Source: Eledone cirrhosa
Taxonomy: Eukaryota
DNA: 64,000 nt
NCBI GenBank assembly: GCA_964016885.1
Contig: OZ024740.1
Location: 56,544,001 to 56,608,000, forward strand
Reading direction: 5' to 3'
Shown: in pieces, positions 14,160-26,924 of the stretch
Layout of the letters: every line of letters starts with the position of its first letter
Numbering within the stretch: the first letter of the stretch is position 1
Translations under genes and position numbers: made by a program
The notes under the pieces: model-generated
Databases searched by the model: none
Told to the model about the DNA's origin: nothing
What the model saw: the letters and a program-made list of their open reading frames with translations, nothing else

Positions 14160-14162
<3 letters not shown>
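13991..14162. mobile_element. ~165-bp hairpin element in (TA)n, copy B (most complete fold)
   Basis: Outer stem 13991-14009/14064-14082, two inner hairpins, conserved tail, TA runs on both sides. Confidence 0.8.
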
Positions 14163-14195
<33 letters not shown>

Positions 14196-14229
14196 CGGAA
14201 AAATTTGAACAGGGACAAAACAGAGAGGC

Positions 14230-16760
14230 AGTACAACGAATGTTTATTAATTTCACGCTCTGGAGAGTGGGGTGTTGGTGGGGGACGTTTCGGGCATAAG
14301 CCCTTCCTCAGGTGAGAAGTGTGTGGGAACAGAGTTCAAAGGGTGTGTAGGGGAGTGGTGGAGAGACATATAGCGAAAGGAAACGGTGCGAAGGAAAAAA
14401 TAAAAAATAAAGATAAAAATAAAAATTAAGCATGATCAAAATACAAGGAATGAGATAAATTTAAAAATAAAGGCATGATCAAAATAAACTGAAATTAAAA
14501 GGGGGGTAAACAGGTGGTGGAAGGGTGTGGGGTGTGTAGGGGTGGTGGCGGGTGGAGTGGGAGAGGGAGACGGGGTGTCCGAGCGGGGAGGGCTGAAGGT
14601 GGTGTGTGTGTGTAGGTGTGCGTGTGTGTGTGTGTATGTGAAAGTAAGGGTTGGGGGAAGAACGGGGTTGCATGTTCAGGAAGAGGTGTGTGTGTGGGGG
14701 GGGGGAGGCGGTCGGAGTGCCTGTGCGTGTGTGGATAGAGGGGTGGGGGGAGAGGAATCAGGAGGCTGAGGGTGTAAATATGTGGTGGAAAGCACGTGTG
14801 TGTGGGGTTTAAGCGTGTTGTGGGTGTAGGTGGCGTGTGGAAAAAAACATTTTTTGGGGTGTGTGTATGGGTGAGTTATATAGGTGATTACGTAAGAGGA
14901 TGGTTGAAAAGTTGGTAAATTCCGAAGATGTTTAGTGGATTGGTTGTTGGTCAATTTCTGCGTGTGGGTATTCCATGAAGCGATGGTCGGAAGAGGAGAG
15001 ATGTGGGGTGCGCGCGCAACAGGAAGTGGTCAGCAGTGGGAGTGCTGTGGTCTGTTTGTGCTGGGAGGTGGTCAGAAGGCATAGCAGCAGTCAGTGGAAT
15101 GGTAAAGGGGCGAGGATGGGTAGGTGTGAAAGTTGGAGTGAGGAGGGTGTGTGTGTGTGTATTAGTAGGGTGTTAGTGGGATGAGTGAGTGTGGAGCGAG
15201 GGTGTGGGTGGAGCGGGGAGAGAAGGGTGTGTGTGGTTCTATGGAGGGAGTGTGGTGTTGGTGTGTGTGTAGTTTGATGAAGAGGTGTTAGTGGGTGTTA
15301 GTATACGGGAGGTGGGGAGGGGTTGAATGCAGGTGTGAGTGGGGGTTAGTGGTGGTAGGGTGTGTAGAGTTGGTGGTGTACGAGGGTGTGTGGGTACGTG
15401 TGCGTGGGGTTGGGGGGTGTTAGTGATGTTAGTTGCGTGTGGGGTGGGTGGTGTAAGTGGGTGCGTGTGTTCGTGTGCTTGGGGTTAGGGGGTGTTAGTG
15501 AGGTTAGTTGCGGGGTGGTGGGATGGTGGTATGGGGGTGAGAGGTGTGGGGGTGAGGGTTAGTGGTGGTAGTAGGGTGTGTGTTTAGTGTGAGCGCGTGT
15601 ATATATGTGCCGGTGGGTGTGTGCGTGTGATAAGGAGGGGGGAGGAGGAGAAGAAGGGAGGGATGTTAGTATGTTAGTTGGGGAAGGGTGGTCAGATGAG
15701 GGGTGGAGTGGAGGTGCTAGTATTGTTAGTTGTGGGGTGGGCGGTGAAAAAGAGAGGTGTGTTAGTGGGGGATAAGTGTGGGGGGAGGGGGGCGGTCGAA
15801 GGCTAAAGGAATAAGGGTGGGGAGTTCAGGCCGGGGGGAGTGTGGGTCTGTAAGATGAAGATAGTTCGTTGTTCGACCGTAAGGCGATTGGCGAGTGTTC
15901 TGTGGCACTGGAGTAGGCCACAGACTGTGAGATGGCGTGCGGAATGACCAGGGCCACCAAAGTGGCGGGCGATGGGGGAACTGCCCCCGAGACGAATATC
16001 CCGGAGGTGCTCCGTGACTCGGTCCGCCAGGCGACGTCCCGTCTGTCCGACATAAGTCCGACATAAGTCCGTAGACTAGGTTGGAGGAGGTGCAGCGGAA
16101 GGCATGCCGGAGCGAGAGGGAGTGGTCGTTGGGACTCTGGAAGGTGGTGGTGTTGGTGATGTGGGGACAGGTGTTGCAGCGGGGCCTAGAACAGGGAAAG
16201 GAACCGGGGGGGGGGGAACAGAGCGTGGGTTGGGGGGTAGGGAGCTGTGGACGAGGAGGGTGCGGAGATTGCGTGCGCGTTTGAAGGAGGGGAGTGGTGG
16301 GGTTGGGAAGATGTGGGAGGTGGAGGGGTCGGACTGGAGGCGTCGGAAGAGGCGGCGGATGGTGCGGTGGAGGTGTAAGGTGGAGGGGTGGTAGGTGATG
16401 GGGAAGGGGAGACGGTGGGTGGGTGTGCGGTGGCGTGGGGTGAGGGTGGTGGAGCGGGGGACAGCACGGGCGCGGGTGAGAGCGGTGTGGACGAGAGAGG
16501 GGGTAACCTCTGCGGATGAAATGGCTGACTAGGGAAAGGGCCTGGGACTCAAAGTCAGCATCACGGCTACAGAGGCGGCGGATCCTGAGAAGTTGGGAGT
16601 AGGGAATGGAGTGTTTAGTGTGGGTGGGGTGGGAAGAGGTGAAGTCGAGGTAAGAGTGGGAGTCGGTGGGTTTGAAGAAGGCGGAGGTGACGAGGGAGTG
16701 GTGGGAGGGGTCGAAGGCGAGGGAGATGTCTAAGAAGTGGACGTGGGTGGAGAAGGAGCC
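14230..16760 (-). mobile_element. Penelope-like element (Neptune-type), 5'-truncated, decayed
   Basis: FLDISL, FKPTDSHSYLDFTSSHP, IPYSQLLRIRRLCS, PCSRPRCNTC, FRCTSSNLVY, YVGQTGRRLADRVTEH; long C/A-rich 3' UTR ending in a hammerhead core and AATAAA (14243-14248). Confidence 0.88.
14281..14320 (-). ncRNA. minimal hammerhead ribozyme core
   Basis: CTGAGGA-A-GGGC-TTAT-GCCC-GAAA-CGTC; stem I partner not evident. Confidence 0.7.
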
Positions 16761-16769
16761 TGGACGCAA

Positions 16770-17165
16770 CTGGCTTCCTATCGCAACTGAAGCCAGCAGG
16801 CCTCGACCGGGGAGACGGTAAGCGTCCCGATAGAATTACCCTCTTCCAATTCGAAGGAGGTAGATCCCTCATCTAGGACACCACATGTTGTGACACGTAC
16901 TCCGCCTCCAACATAGTGGCTTCGGCCACAAACCCCGGTACTGCGGCTCGCAATGGAGAGGAAAGAAAGATAAACAAATACCGGGGTTTGTCCGGCCGCT
17001 TCCTAACGCACCGGTTGCCGTCGAGACCACAGGCGTACTTGAACCCCGTGCTGCCGAGCTCCTCCCCAATATCAGAACATCAGCAGCCTGTCTGAGGAAG
17101 GAGCCCCGCGAGGTGGGGTGGCTGTTGCAGCGTGTGTCGCTGGGTATTGTCAGCAGGATGCTTTT
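16770..17165 (+). mobile_element. CRE-like non-LTR retrotransposon 3' fragment (restriction-like endonuclease)
   Basis: GLDRGDGKRPDRITLF..EGGRSLI*DTTCCDT, VETTG, WLLQRVSL; homologous to 47930-48630. Confidence 0.78.
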
Positions 17166-17579
17166 GTGGTCTTGTTTACAGGGTGCAGCCCCAATACCGC
17201 CGCACCCTAGGCATATTGCCCATCATTCTCCCCCTTCCCCCTCCCCATTTTTCTGCGACCCTATAGCTCTTGCCTTCTACTACCTTTTCAGTTTTCATAA
17301 CAACAGAAGACTTCAATTTTTTACAATAATTTTTTTTTATAAGTTATGTAGCCCCTTTAAGCTAATGTTCTTAGAAAGTTACCTGAAAAATTAAATCAGG
17401 TGTTTTTTATTTGCTTTGTATTGCTTTCGCTGCTATTCAGGTCCCAAATAATAGGTGTGGTGTGTGTGTATTTAAATTCCTATACGCGAGGGGGTGCGGA
17501 TCAGTAATTGTATAGTGTACGCTCGTAAATATGGGATTCCTTGTAATGTTCTTTTTTTGTCATATATAATGTTTTTTTT

Positions 17580-17760
17580 ACTGTATCGGTAGCGGGTCGA
17601 ACGCCATGCTTTGACGCATAGAGTTACGGCCCTTGCCCTTCTGAGTTCAAATCCCGCCGAAGTTAACTTTGCCTTTCCTCCTTACGGGGTCGATAAAATA
17701 AAGTACCAGTAATGCACTGAGTAATTGATGGCCTTGTGCCAAAAGTAGAAACAATTATTA
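17580..17760 (+). mobile_element. SINE-A
   Basis: Family consensus match. Confidence 0.88.
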
Positions 17761-20700
17761 TAGCTGTATCTATATGAATCACAATCTGCTGTATCTATAT
17801 GAATCACAATAAAATTTCGTGGGACATAGATTATCAAAATTTTATAAGCGGGTGGGGTGCGGGGTGTGTGGGGGGGGGGGGGATAAAAACGGGGGTAAAA
17901 AATCTGAAAAATTAATAAGCGGGTGGGGGGACAGTTATCCTAGATCTGAGAATACATCGTTGTTCATGCCTCTCATTAACATTCTATTGATGCTGTCTTA
18001 ATTTAGCCCCAGGTTAACTCTGATAACACCTACGATAAAATGCGTGTCAGACATATCAATCCCGTTTTTCTTTTCTTATGTTTGTTGAAGTATTATGTAT
18101 TTATTGCTACAATTTGCAACTCAATCTTAGATATCGTATTTTAAGACGACAGTTGGTGATAAAAGAAAATTTGTCTGCTATTTTTAGCAGGTCGACTCAC
18201 TATGGAGAGGCTCAGTTGTTGACTCCGCTAACCCTCTATATAATGTGATGGTGGGCGTTCTACTGACTGTATAATCATATTGTTCGGGAAGATGTTTGCA
18301 GTTAAGATTACTCCAGATGCCAAGAATTCATCTTCAGCCTAAATTTGACCATCTATATCCTTGTTAATTTGTAAACGCGCGAGTATATGCTTCTGCACCA
18401 AAGCATCTATATCTGCTCCCATTCATGAATCTCTGTGGATACATAAGCCTACAGCTTCAACATAAGCCTACAATTCAGTATCTGGCATAACGCTGAACCC
18501 CGTTGAGCTGGTTGTTGACTGCAGATAAACATGTCACAAATGAACGTAAAAGGCAGGCTCACCTATCTGACAAGATATATTATAATAAACAAAACACGTA
18601 GAACAACCAGAAGATACCACCTCCTATTCTCTGACCCTCCAGAAACAGTTTCTTCATAGCCCATTTCTGGGCGAAAATGCCTAGCTCAGTTATGAAATTG
18701 TTTGCGTCCAGATCAGAGGGAAGAACGCCTGAAGGTCCGTTCTAATTCTTAAGTGGTAGACTTAATCCATCGCTTGGTTTAACATCACAATTTGACTCTG
18801 TAACAAAGACCATTCTATCATAAGTATTCGAATCAGAGATCACTTATCCAGTCTGAGAAGAGCTTCCTCTTTTCGATTCATTGGATCTGGAGGTTTTTAA
18901 AAAGGGCTGTGACTGCAGACTTTCCTCCTCTAATAAAAGAAAAAGAACATTGGACAAGGCACAGTAGTGATATGTAATCAGATGTGATATTCATTGCTGG
19001 AATGGGAACGCCTTTGATCTTAGATTTGTTCGAACAGAGCTGACCTAAGACCAAGGAACAAAAGATTCCGCGCATTTTACTAAAATTCGATGCAAAAACG
19101 AGAAAATAAATTAAGGAAAAGACAAAATGTTAAAAGTAAATTAAAAATATTTAAAAGTCGTTATTTGATTTTCTGACTAATCAAGCTGACTTACTTTTTA
19201 TGACTGTTTCCGGAATTTGAATATTTAGCTGTTAAATTTATCAGATACAGGTTAGATTTTTTTTTTAAAGTAACTAATCTGGACATGGCGTAAAAATTAC
19301 GCTAAAATTTATACCAAATATTTCGCGTCGGGTTCAACAATGACTATTACACATCAAAAGCATTTGTAACGTTAATTTTGGAAAGAGTCAACGGTGTTCG
19401 AATTACAATGATAGTTTAACTGACCGTCTTTAGTTTCATTCACAAGACACCCGAGACTATAATTTCTTTTTTACGTTACTTATCCCATGTGCTATGCAGT
19501 GGATGAAACCTGGAACAGCGGAATAGATCAGCAGATGAACTTAAAGAAAAGATCTACTCCAATCTGTATTATATACATTTCAACAAAATTTCAGTCAGCT
19601 GATCTTACTAGACTTATCTCCCCTGCGCATTGCATTTAGATTTAAAACATCCCCTGAAGGAGTTTTTGTTTCTTAATAGCTTGGATAATCTCAATTGATT
19701 AAATATTTTCTCTGCTCCTTATATTACATATATATGACCCTATTGTATTTGTATTTAGTATGCTGAATGCTCTGTTGGAGTTTATTCAATTAATCATATC
19801 GTTGATGACCGTAAATCTGGGTTTATGGGGCTGCCATAGCATCTCTGCGACCGCTATTATTTCTCTTCAATTACACCGCTGGGTTGTCGTTGTAACTCTA
19901 TGTCTGCTAGGAGCTGAAAGGTCCATCACGTAAGCAGCCTACCGCGTTGTCTGTGTTTAGGGAATTATTTGTGTCACGCAGCATGACATAGTTATTGCGT
20001 GGCCCTGTTACTAGGCTCAGCCATTTCAGTCTCTGCCTTCATATACTTCTTATAAAAATATTTCTACACCTGTCCAATAATGGTTTTTAATTTAGACACA
20101 AGACCCATAATTTGGGGGGAGGAGAAAGTCGACCAAGTACTTGACTGGTACTTATTGACCCTGGAATAATGAAATATAAAGTCGACCTCGGTAAGATTCA
20201 AATTCAGCCGGTATAAATGCTAGAAATATCTATAGTATAGGCATTAAAAACCACATTTCAAAAAGCTCTAGTTTGCGTGAATCTTCAGATTTTAGGGTCT
20301 ACAACTCAGTTTGCAATCGGGAGAACAAGGTTATTGCACAGTCTAACTCTTTATAGGTGGCTTATATCCATTTTGTTCCAGTTTATGTTACTTATTCTTC
20401 CAAGCTCTGAAAATGCTAATGAAACCCATCTTGCTACGTGGTCTGATACATTTTATACTATATTGCCGAGCAGCAGGAGTCAACAACAGTTGGGTCGCAG
20501 CCAACATGTGGGCCATTAAGGTTTTTATTTGTCAACCTGGGCCCTTTCCAAATTTTTATTTGTAAGATATAGAAATAATATACGTGCGAGCAATTGAAAA
20601 TACGAATGAAAGATAAAAGGAAAGTGGGTAATTTAAGAATAGAGATTGTTGAATACAACTTGTGTTAAGTGCTCTTCAACTGTAGTTGTTTAGTGATTTA

Positions 20701-20999
20701 GACACACGCTTGTACACACATTACATACATCAGATAGATACGTACACACACAAATACACATACACATACACACACATGACGGTCCGTCTATGCATCTGTT
20801 ACTTTTCCTGAAATACCAAAGTGTTTTAGAGCATTAGAGTGCATGTGGAAAAACATCATGAAATTGTTACAACCATATATTTATATATATATATAAACGT
20901 TTGTATTTGTAAACCAAAACAATGCAGGTATGGACATAGAATATAAATGCAAATGCAAAAGATATTGTTGATAAGTTTACCTTAAAGCTTTTTACCTTA

Positions 21000-21450
21000 A
21001 ATTTATTTAAATGTCCTTAATTTTCGAGATAATATCTCTTCTTCGGAGGGAAGTAAAGCGGTTAAACCAGCCTTCTAAATAGAATGCCAAGTCATGCTGA
21101 CAGGAAATGGTATAGAGTATCTGTTCTATCTCTAATGTCAAAGAGTGAAGGTTAGGTGGATAAAGAGTAGTCTCACTTTAAAAGGGGTTTTGTACATGTA
21201 TGTTTAAGTGTGTGGGAGAATACGTGAAGGTGTAAGTATGTGTGTATGTGTGAGTGTTAGAAGATATGTCTATACGTAAATGTGGAGGGATAGATGCTCT
21301 CTCGTGTTAGAACTGGTCTTTGTGTGTGTATGTGTGTGTGTGAGAGAGAATAAGTGGAGTGTAACCATGTGTGTGTGGGGGCGGAGGGGTGTAAGTATGG
21401 GGCTAGATGCTCTATCAAGTTATAAATTGGGTGTTGAGTTCTATTATTGA
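21000..21450 (-). mobile_element. probable Penelope-like 3' end remnant with variant hammerhead (21013-21052)
   Basis: CCGAAGA-A-GAGAT-ATT-ATCTC-GAAA-ATTA followed by AATAAA; C/A-rich upstream. Confidence 0.45.
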
Positions 21451-21468
21451 TTGGTGGTTGTGTTTTGT

Positions 21469-21523
<55 letters not shown>

Positions 21524-21598
21524 GTGTGTGGTGTGTGTGTTGTTATTTTTGTTATTTCTGTTTACCTTTTGCACACACACACATATAGTATGCATGTA

Positions 21599-21656
<58 letters not shown>

Positions 21657-22179
21657 TGTTACTTTTCTTATTTCTGTTTACCTTATATACGTACATAGAT
21701 ACATAGATACATACATACATATAAATATATACATACATATATAAATTTGTATGTGGTTGTGGAGACGGGTTAAATCTGATGCGATTCTGGGGAGGAATAG
21801 AGAACAAGAGAGAGTGACAGAGGGAGATAGTTAGAAAGAAAAAACACCCCAAAATACAGAAGACATGATAATACAGGAGGAGATTGTTGTATCTTTATTT
21901 AGTTCAGTCATTACACCACATAGTTGTTCTGAGCTGATCTAAATCCTGACAGCTAACGTATGTGTAAATGTAAAAATTGACATTTGACAGTGACATCTGT
22001 AATATTGTTTACGTTCTCTGGCTTGATGCCATTTAACAAACGTTGTATATCTATTGCTCAAGTGATAAACAACAGTGTTTATATAGGATTTTCTACATAT
22101 ACATATATATATATATAAAAGAAATAGGATTTCGCTTCAAGCATAGCTTTATACAATCTGTATAAATATTTTATATCTC

Positions 22180-22251
<72 letters not shown>

Positions 22252-22254
<3 letters not shown>

Positions 22255-22315
22255 GAGCCAGTAAGACCCCGACGGCTGAGCTCAAGCCGTTTCGACGGCT
22301 AATTCTGGACTAAAT
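22252..22315. mobile_element. hairpin element, copy C (truncated)
   Basis: taggagccagtaagaccccgacggctgagctcaagccgtttcgacggctaattctggactaaa directly after (TA)n. Confidence 0.75.
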
Positions 22316-22329
22316 GAAAATTTATCCTG

Positions 22330-23916
22330 GTATTTAAATAGCCGATCTTCTCAAGGGGTAATTCCATATATGGTCAAAGTGATTGTCAAAAATCAGTAGT
22401 AATTCTGTGATTGCAAATTAGTAGGGGAGATGGTGGCTAAACCTGCCAGTAGGAGAAAGAGGGGAGGGGGTGGAGTAGACCCAATCAAGCGTTGGTAGTG
22501 CCAGCTACAGCTGGGCATGAGGTCAAAGAAGATACTGGGGAGGGGGAGGGGGAGGAAGTCGGAACGGTAGGTAGAACAATGGGGGGTAAAAATATATACG
22601 AAAGAAAAAATACTGAGAGTGAAGAAAAGCGAATAAATGTAAAGAAAAGAGTAAAGCAAGTTCTACGACCTAGGTCTCTAGCTATTGTTAGGCTAGAATA
22701 AATAAATAAATAAAGAAAGAAAGAAGTAAAGAAATAAATAAAGAAATAACGAAATAAGTAAATGAACTAGGTGTGACGGAATAGGCAAGGACCCTTTTAA
22801 GAGGTATAAGTACGTAAATGATACGGTGACGGGTCAACAAAAGGGGCCAAAATACTAAAGAGACTACCACGAAATAAATAATAAAGGTTTCTATCCCGGG
22901 CACAATGCCAGCAACCACACAGTGCAGCAAAGTGAACTAGTACGAGATAATAATTCTGAGTCCCGAAAAAAATATATACTAATGCTAACTCTATAAGATC
23001 TAAAACAAGCTACATGAAAGTTCGTACGAAGTAAAGGTAGAATATGGAAAAATAAATTCAAAATCCACCCCGCCCAAAAGAAAAGCGAAGAAATACTGAA
23101 ACGAGAAAATAAGGCATAAGTGCCACTAAGAAATATAGAAGGCACAGAGAATAGTGGGAGCGGTCGGAAAAAGGGGGCAAGTATCCGGGGTCTAAACCAA
23201 CTGCTATAAAAGGCGGAGTCCGCCAAATCTATCATAGACTAGAGGAGGGGGTGGGGGTACTAAGGCTACAAGGGGCCAAAGGGCAGCCTCGGGTGGGCGA
23301 GAAAAGACGCCGACAAAGGAGAAGAGCTGGAGTAGAAGGACTAAGGAGAGAAGGGGGAAGGAAATAAAGGAAGCGATAAAAGAATAAAAAGAAGATCTTA
23401 CGTCTCCCTTGGCAAGCAGGGGTTACCCATTGCAAAATCGGTAAGTGGGGTGTTATAGCCCTAGTCTACCCCCCCCCCCCGGTCATTATGGGGTTTGAGG
23501 GCGAGGTAAGTCCTACGCAATCTATGTTTACATGCAGTAACCAGTTCATCTTTCTTGTTTAGGAGTTGGTCCGTCGAAAACAGCATTTGTAAAGTTTCCT
23601 CCGAGCATAAATTGCACGGACGGCGTCCTCCCGTGTAAGAACTGGCTCTGGACAGTAATCTCCAAGTGAGATCATAGGTGATGTTGTTGTCCTTGAGGTC
23701 CCATATGTGGCCCGAAAGTGTAGTGGCGTGACGCCGGGCCGGGTTTCGGAAGGTATGTCTATGTTGGTATAGCCGGGTCTTGAAGTCACATGCGGTAAGT
23801 CCTATATAGGCTTTGTTGGAGGTATCCGTCCTCACGTTGCACTGGTAGATCACATTACGGTCTCTGCATCTATTGTCGAGTGGGCAAATGGATCTATCCG
23901 GACAGTTACACCTCCT
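22330..23916 (-). mobile_element. Naiad-type Penelope 3' fragment (GIY-YIG at 23461-23915 plus presumed 3' UTR)
   Basis: CNCPDRSICPLDNRC..VIY..YIGLT..FKTRLYQH..LSGHIWDLK..CNLCSEE..LLNKKDELVTACKH; extent of UTR uncertain. Confidence 0.85.
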
Positions 23917-24080
23917 GGTCGGACGCCATGCTTTCCAGCATAGTTACGTCCCTTTACGATCTGAGTTCAAATCCCGCCGAGGTTGACTTTGCCTTTCATC
24001 CTTACGGGGTCGATAAAATAAAGTACCAGTAATGCACTGGGTATTTGCTGGCCTTGTGCCTAAAGTAGAAACAATTATTA
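23917..24080 (+). mobile_element. SINE-A abutting the Naiad 5' truncation
   Basis: Family consensus match. Confidence 0.88.
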
Positions 24081-25165
24081 AGAATGAATAAAAAACACTA
24101 TTTTAAAATTTTATTTTGAAGGGGAATTAACCCATAAAAAGGGATTTGAACGAATTATTTTTCTGACCCAAGTCTGATAAATATATCTTAAAAAATAAAA
24201 CTACTGTGTTATATTTTCCTATTAACAAATACCGTCCGCACCCTGATTTGTTTTCTGCCCTCTTCACTGTATCACCTTATACTTATTTTTAAGTTGAGAT
24301 TGATTATAACACAAACACATTTAGTTTGATTATCTTATCTTATTTTAACATCTTGTCCTCATACCAATCTATCCAACATATTTCTGACCTTGAGATTGGT
24401 TATAGCACACACACACTTTATCCTACATTATTTTTCACTTCTCCACATTCATTTTCATTACTTTTTCACCAATTTTTCATTGATTCTTTATTCTTTATTC
24501 TCTATTTATTTATTTATTTTCAAATTATACAAATTATATTAATTATTTTATTATATTATTTATTATTTTCTGTTTTCTTCATTTATTGCCTTATATTTCT
24601 TCATATACATGGAATAACCCCCCCCCCCCCCTCCACCACCACCACTATGAGAGATGGTGGCAGGAGGGATGAAGAAAAAACACACACTGGATACTTCTAA
24701 ATTGTTAGCAGCAACAAGATATAAGCTGACCACAACACCAACAACACTACCAAAATAATGGTAGAGGTCAAATGTACTTAACAATAGCAAACAAAAACAC
24801 TACAGGGAGCCTCACCCCAGAAAGAATTCTATAGACTTCTGACTGAGGAATGCTCTCAGAACTGACCAATGGGAAGTTTGACACTTTGTTTGTTATTTGG
24901 TTCCCTTAACACCTTGTCCCTTCTACCATTTTATCAATTTTTTAAGCTAACTCCAACAATAACAACACTTAGAATGAGGAATGTTCTAATAACTGACCAA
25001 TGAGAGGAGAAGAGGACCTTTGACACTGAAATTCGTTTGTTTGAATTCATATGATTCCAGTTCCTCAGTGAAATAACAACACAACCAGGAACTGGGCATA
25101 TCAGATTATTGACAATATTATACACCTCAACAACATATGTACTTGTCTATACCATACTAATTCAA

Positions 25166-25220
25166 ACTGCCTGAAGAGGTCACAGCCAAAAATGGCTGTC
25201 ACTGAAATATATATAGCAGT
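25166..25220 (+). ncRNA. type I minimal hammerhead ribozyme with complete core
   Basis: ACTGC-CTGAAGA-GGTCACAGCCA-AAAA-TGGCTGTCACT-GAAA-TATATA-TA-GCAGT, then AATAAA. Confidence 0.85.
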
Positions 25221-25329
25221 AATAAACGAAGCTAAATTTTAATCATTTGACTTTTTATTTAACTTTATTTTATATATATCATTGAACGATCGACTTTCGT
25301 CAAATCGGACCGAGGGAACAATGTTTCCG

Positions 25330-25500
25330 TTGGTCTTTCCAATTGCTAATACTATCTATCGGTCGCAACTCCAGGTAGAAGGAGCAACGTGAAATAAAGT
25401 GTCTTGCTCAAGGACATAACGCATCGCCTGATCCAGGAATCGAACTCACAACCTTACGATTGCGAATCCAATTCTCTAACCACTCAGCCACACGCCTTCA
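25330..25500 (-). mobile_element. second tRNA-derived SINE family (B); related copies ~28090-28228(-) and ~52235-52560(+)
   Basis: gaaggcgtgtggctgagtggttaga..gagttcgattcc..tgtccttgagcaagacacttt on the minus strand. Confidence 0.75.
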
Positions 25501-25556
25501 TATATATATATATATAGCTTTCTCCGATATTGTGTATATATATATATCGCAAGTAT

Positions 25557-25626
<70 letters not shown>

Positions 25627-26324
25627 ACAATAACAACAAACACATATAAACACACACTAGTAACGATAGAATACATTAACCAATACACAGTCACCCAATC
25701 ACGAACACACATCAAACAAAACACTATACACACACGCAAACGTATGCGCAAAGAAGACAAAATAAATAAACAAATAAATAAATATATATACAGACTAAAT
25801 AAAGATGGCGTAGAAAATACAATGCAACGGCAGGAAACAATAGCACCACTGACGATGTTGCGGATGTGCAACGAAAGAACTTTGATAAACTATATATATG
25901 TGTTTGTGTCTATATTGTGTCTGTATTATTTTTGACCGTTGGTCAGTCAATGGCAACATTGAGGACCGAATAAATTAGATTACAGATATAAAAGACACAG
26001 AAGCGAAAAGTGAAAACCAACCAAACAGTGAGTGTGTTCTGTTATTAATTCTGGCAATATTACACAAATATGACCCTCCCCAAGTATAACAATATTTGTT
26101 TCGTCACACGATTTCATATCAAAAACCTCGCAAAACTAATATATATATATATCATTTTTTAGTAGGTAGTTAGACAAAGCACCCTTTAAAAGTATGAAAT
26201 AATACCATAAAGATCCCACTATCAGCAGTTGCACATACAATAACAAAACAAACGCCAACAACAATAACATCAGCAATATATTAGCAGTAACGGTTGTAAT
26301 ATTAGCAAGAATGTACAAGGGTAA

Positions 26325-26505
26325 ATTGGCAGTATCGGTAGAGGGTCAGGCACCATGCTTTCCAGCATAGTTACGGTCCTATATGATCTGAGTTCAATTC
26401 CCGTCGAGGTTAACTTTGCCTTTCATCCTTACGGGGTCGATCAAATAAAGTACCAGTAATGTACTGCATAATTGCTGACCTTGTGCCAAAAGAAGAAACA
26501 ATTAT
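26325..26505 (+). mobile_element. SINE-A
   Basis: Family consensus match. Confidence 0.88.
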
Positions 26506-26924
26506 TTAAAAAAATAAAAAATAATCTTATTTGGCACAAGGGGCCAAACAGCCCTCCAGCCCCCCCCCCCCCCCCCCACCGTCGTCAACAGTTGAAAAAC
26601 AAAATGAAGAAATCCACCTAGGAAGTCTCCCAACCCGATCTTCAACGTTTTCTCTCTCTCTCTCTCTCTCCTCCCCTGCAAACACCCAACCCAATCCGAG
26701 TTGAATTTTTCAGACGCTGGTACATCTCCATTTCGCTGCGAAGAGGAGGGGGTACCTAACACACACACAAAAAAAAATATTAAAAACACATTTTGCCTCA
26801 CCCCATCACCCACTCAAAGACACAGGAAGAACACGCCCATCATATTTACAACACGAAGAACAATTTAACACAGCCTCCACGACAAACTCTACCACAACCA
26901 AAGCTACCAGAGAAAACATACAAA

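Noticed and set aside
15762-16769. 335-aa Pro/His-rich ORF as a real protein
   Set aside because: Frameshifted Penelope sequence read partly out of frame
26085-26125. hammerhead-like motif on the minus strand
   Set aside because: GAAA and a possible stem III are present but CUGANGA is unrecognisable
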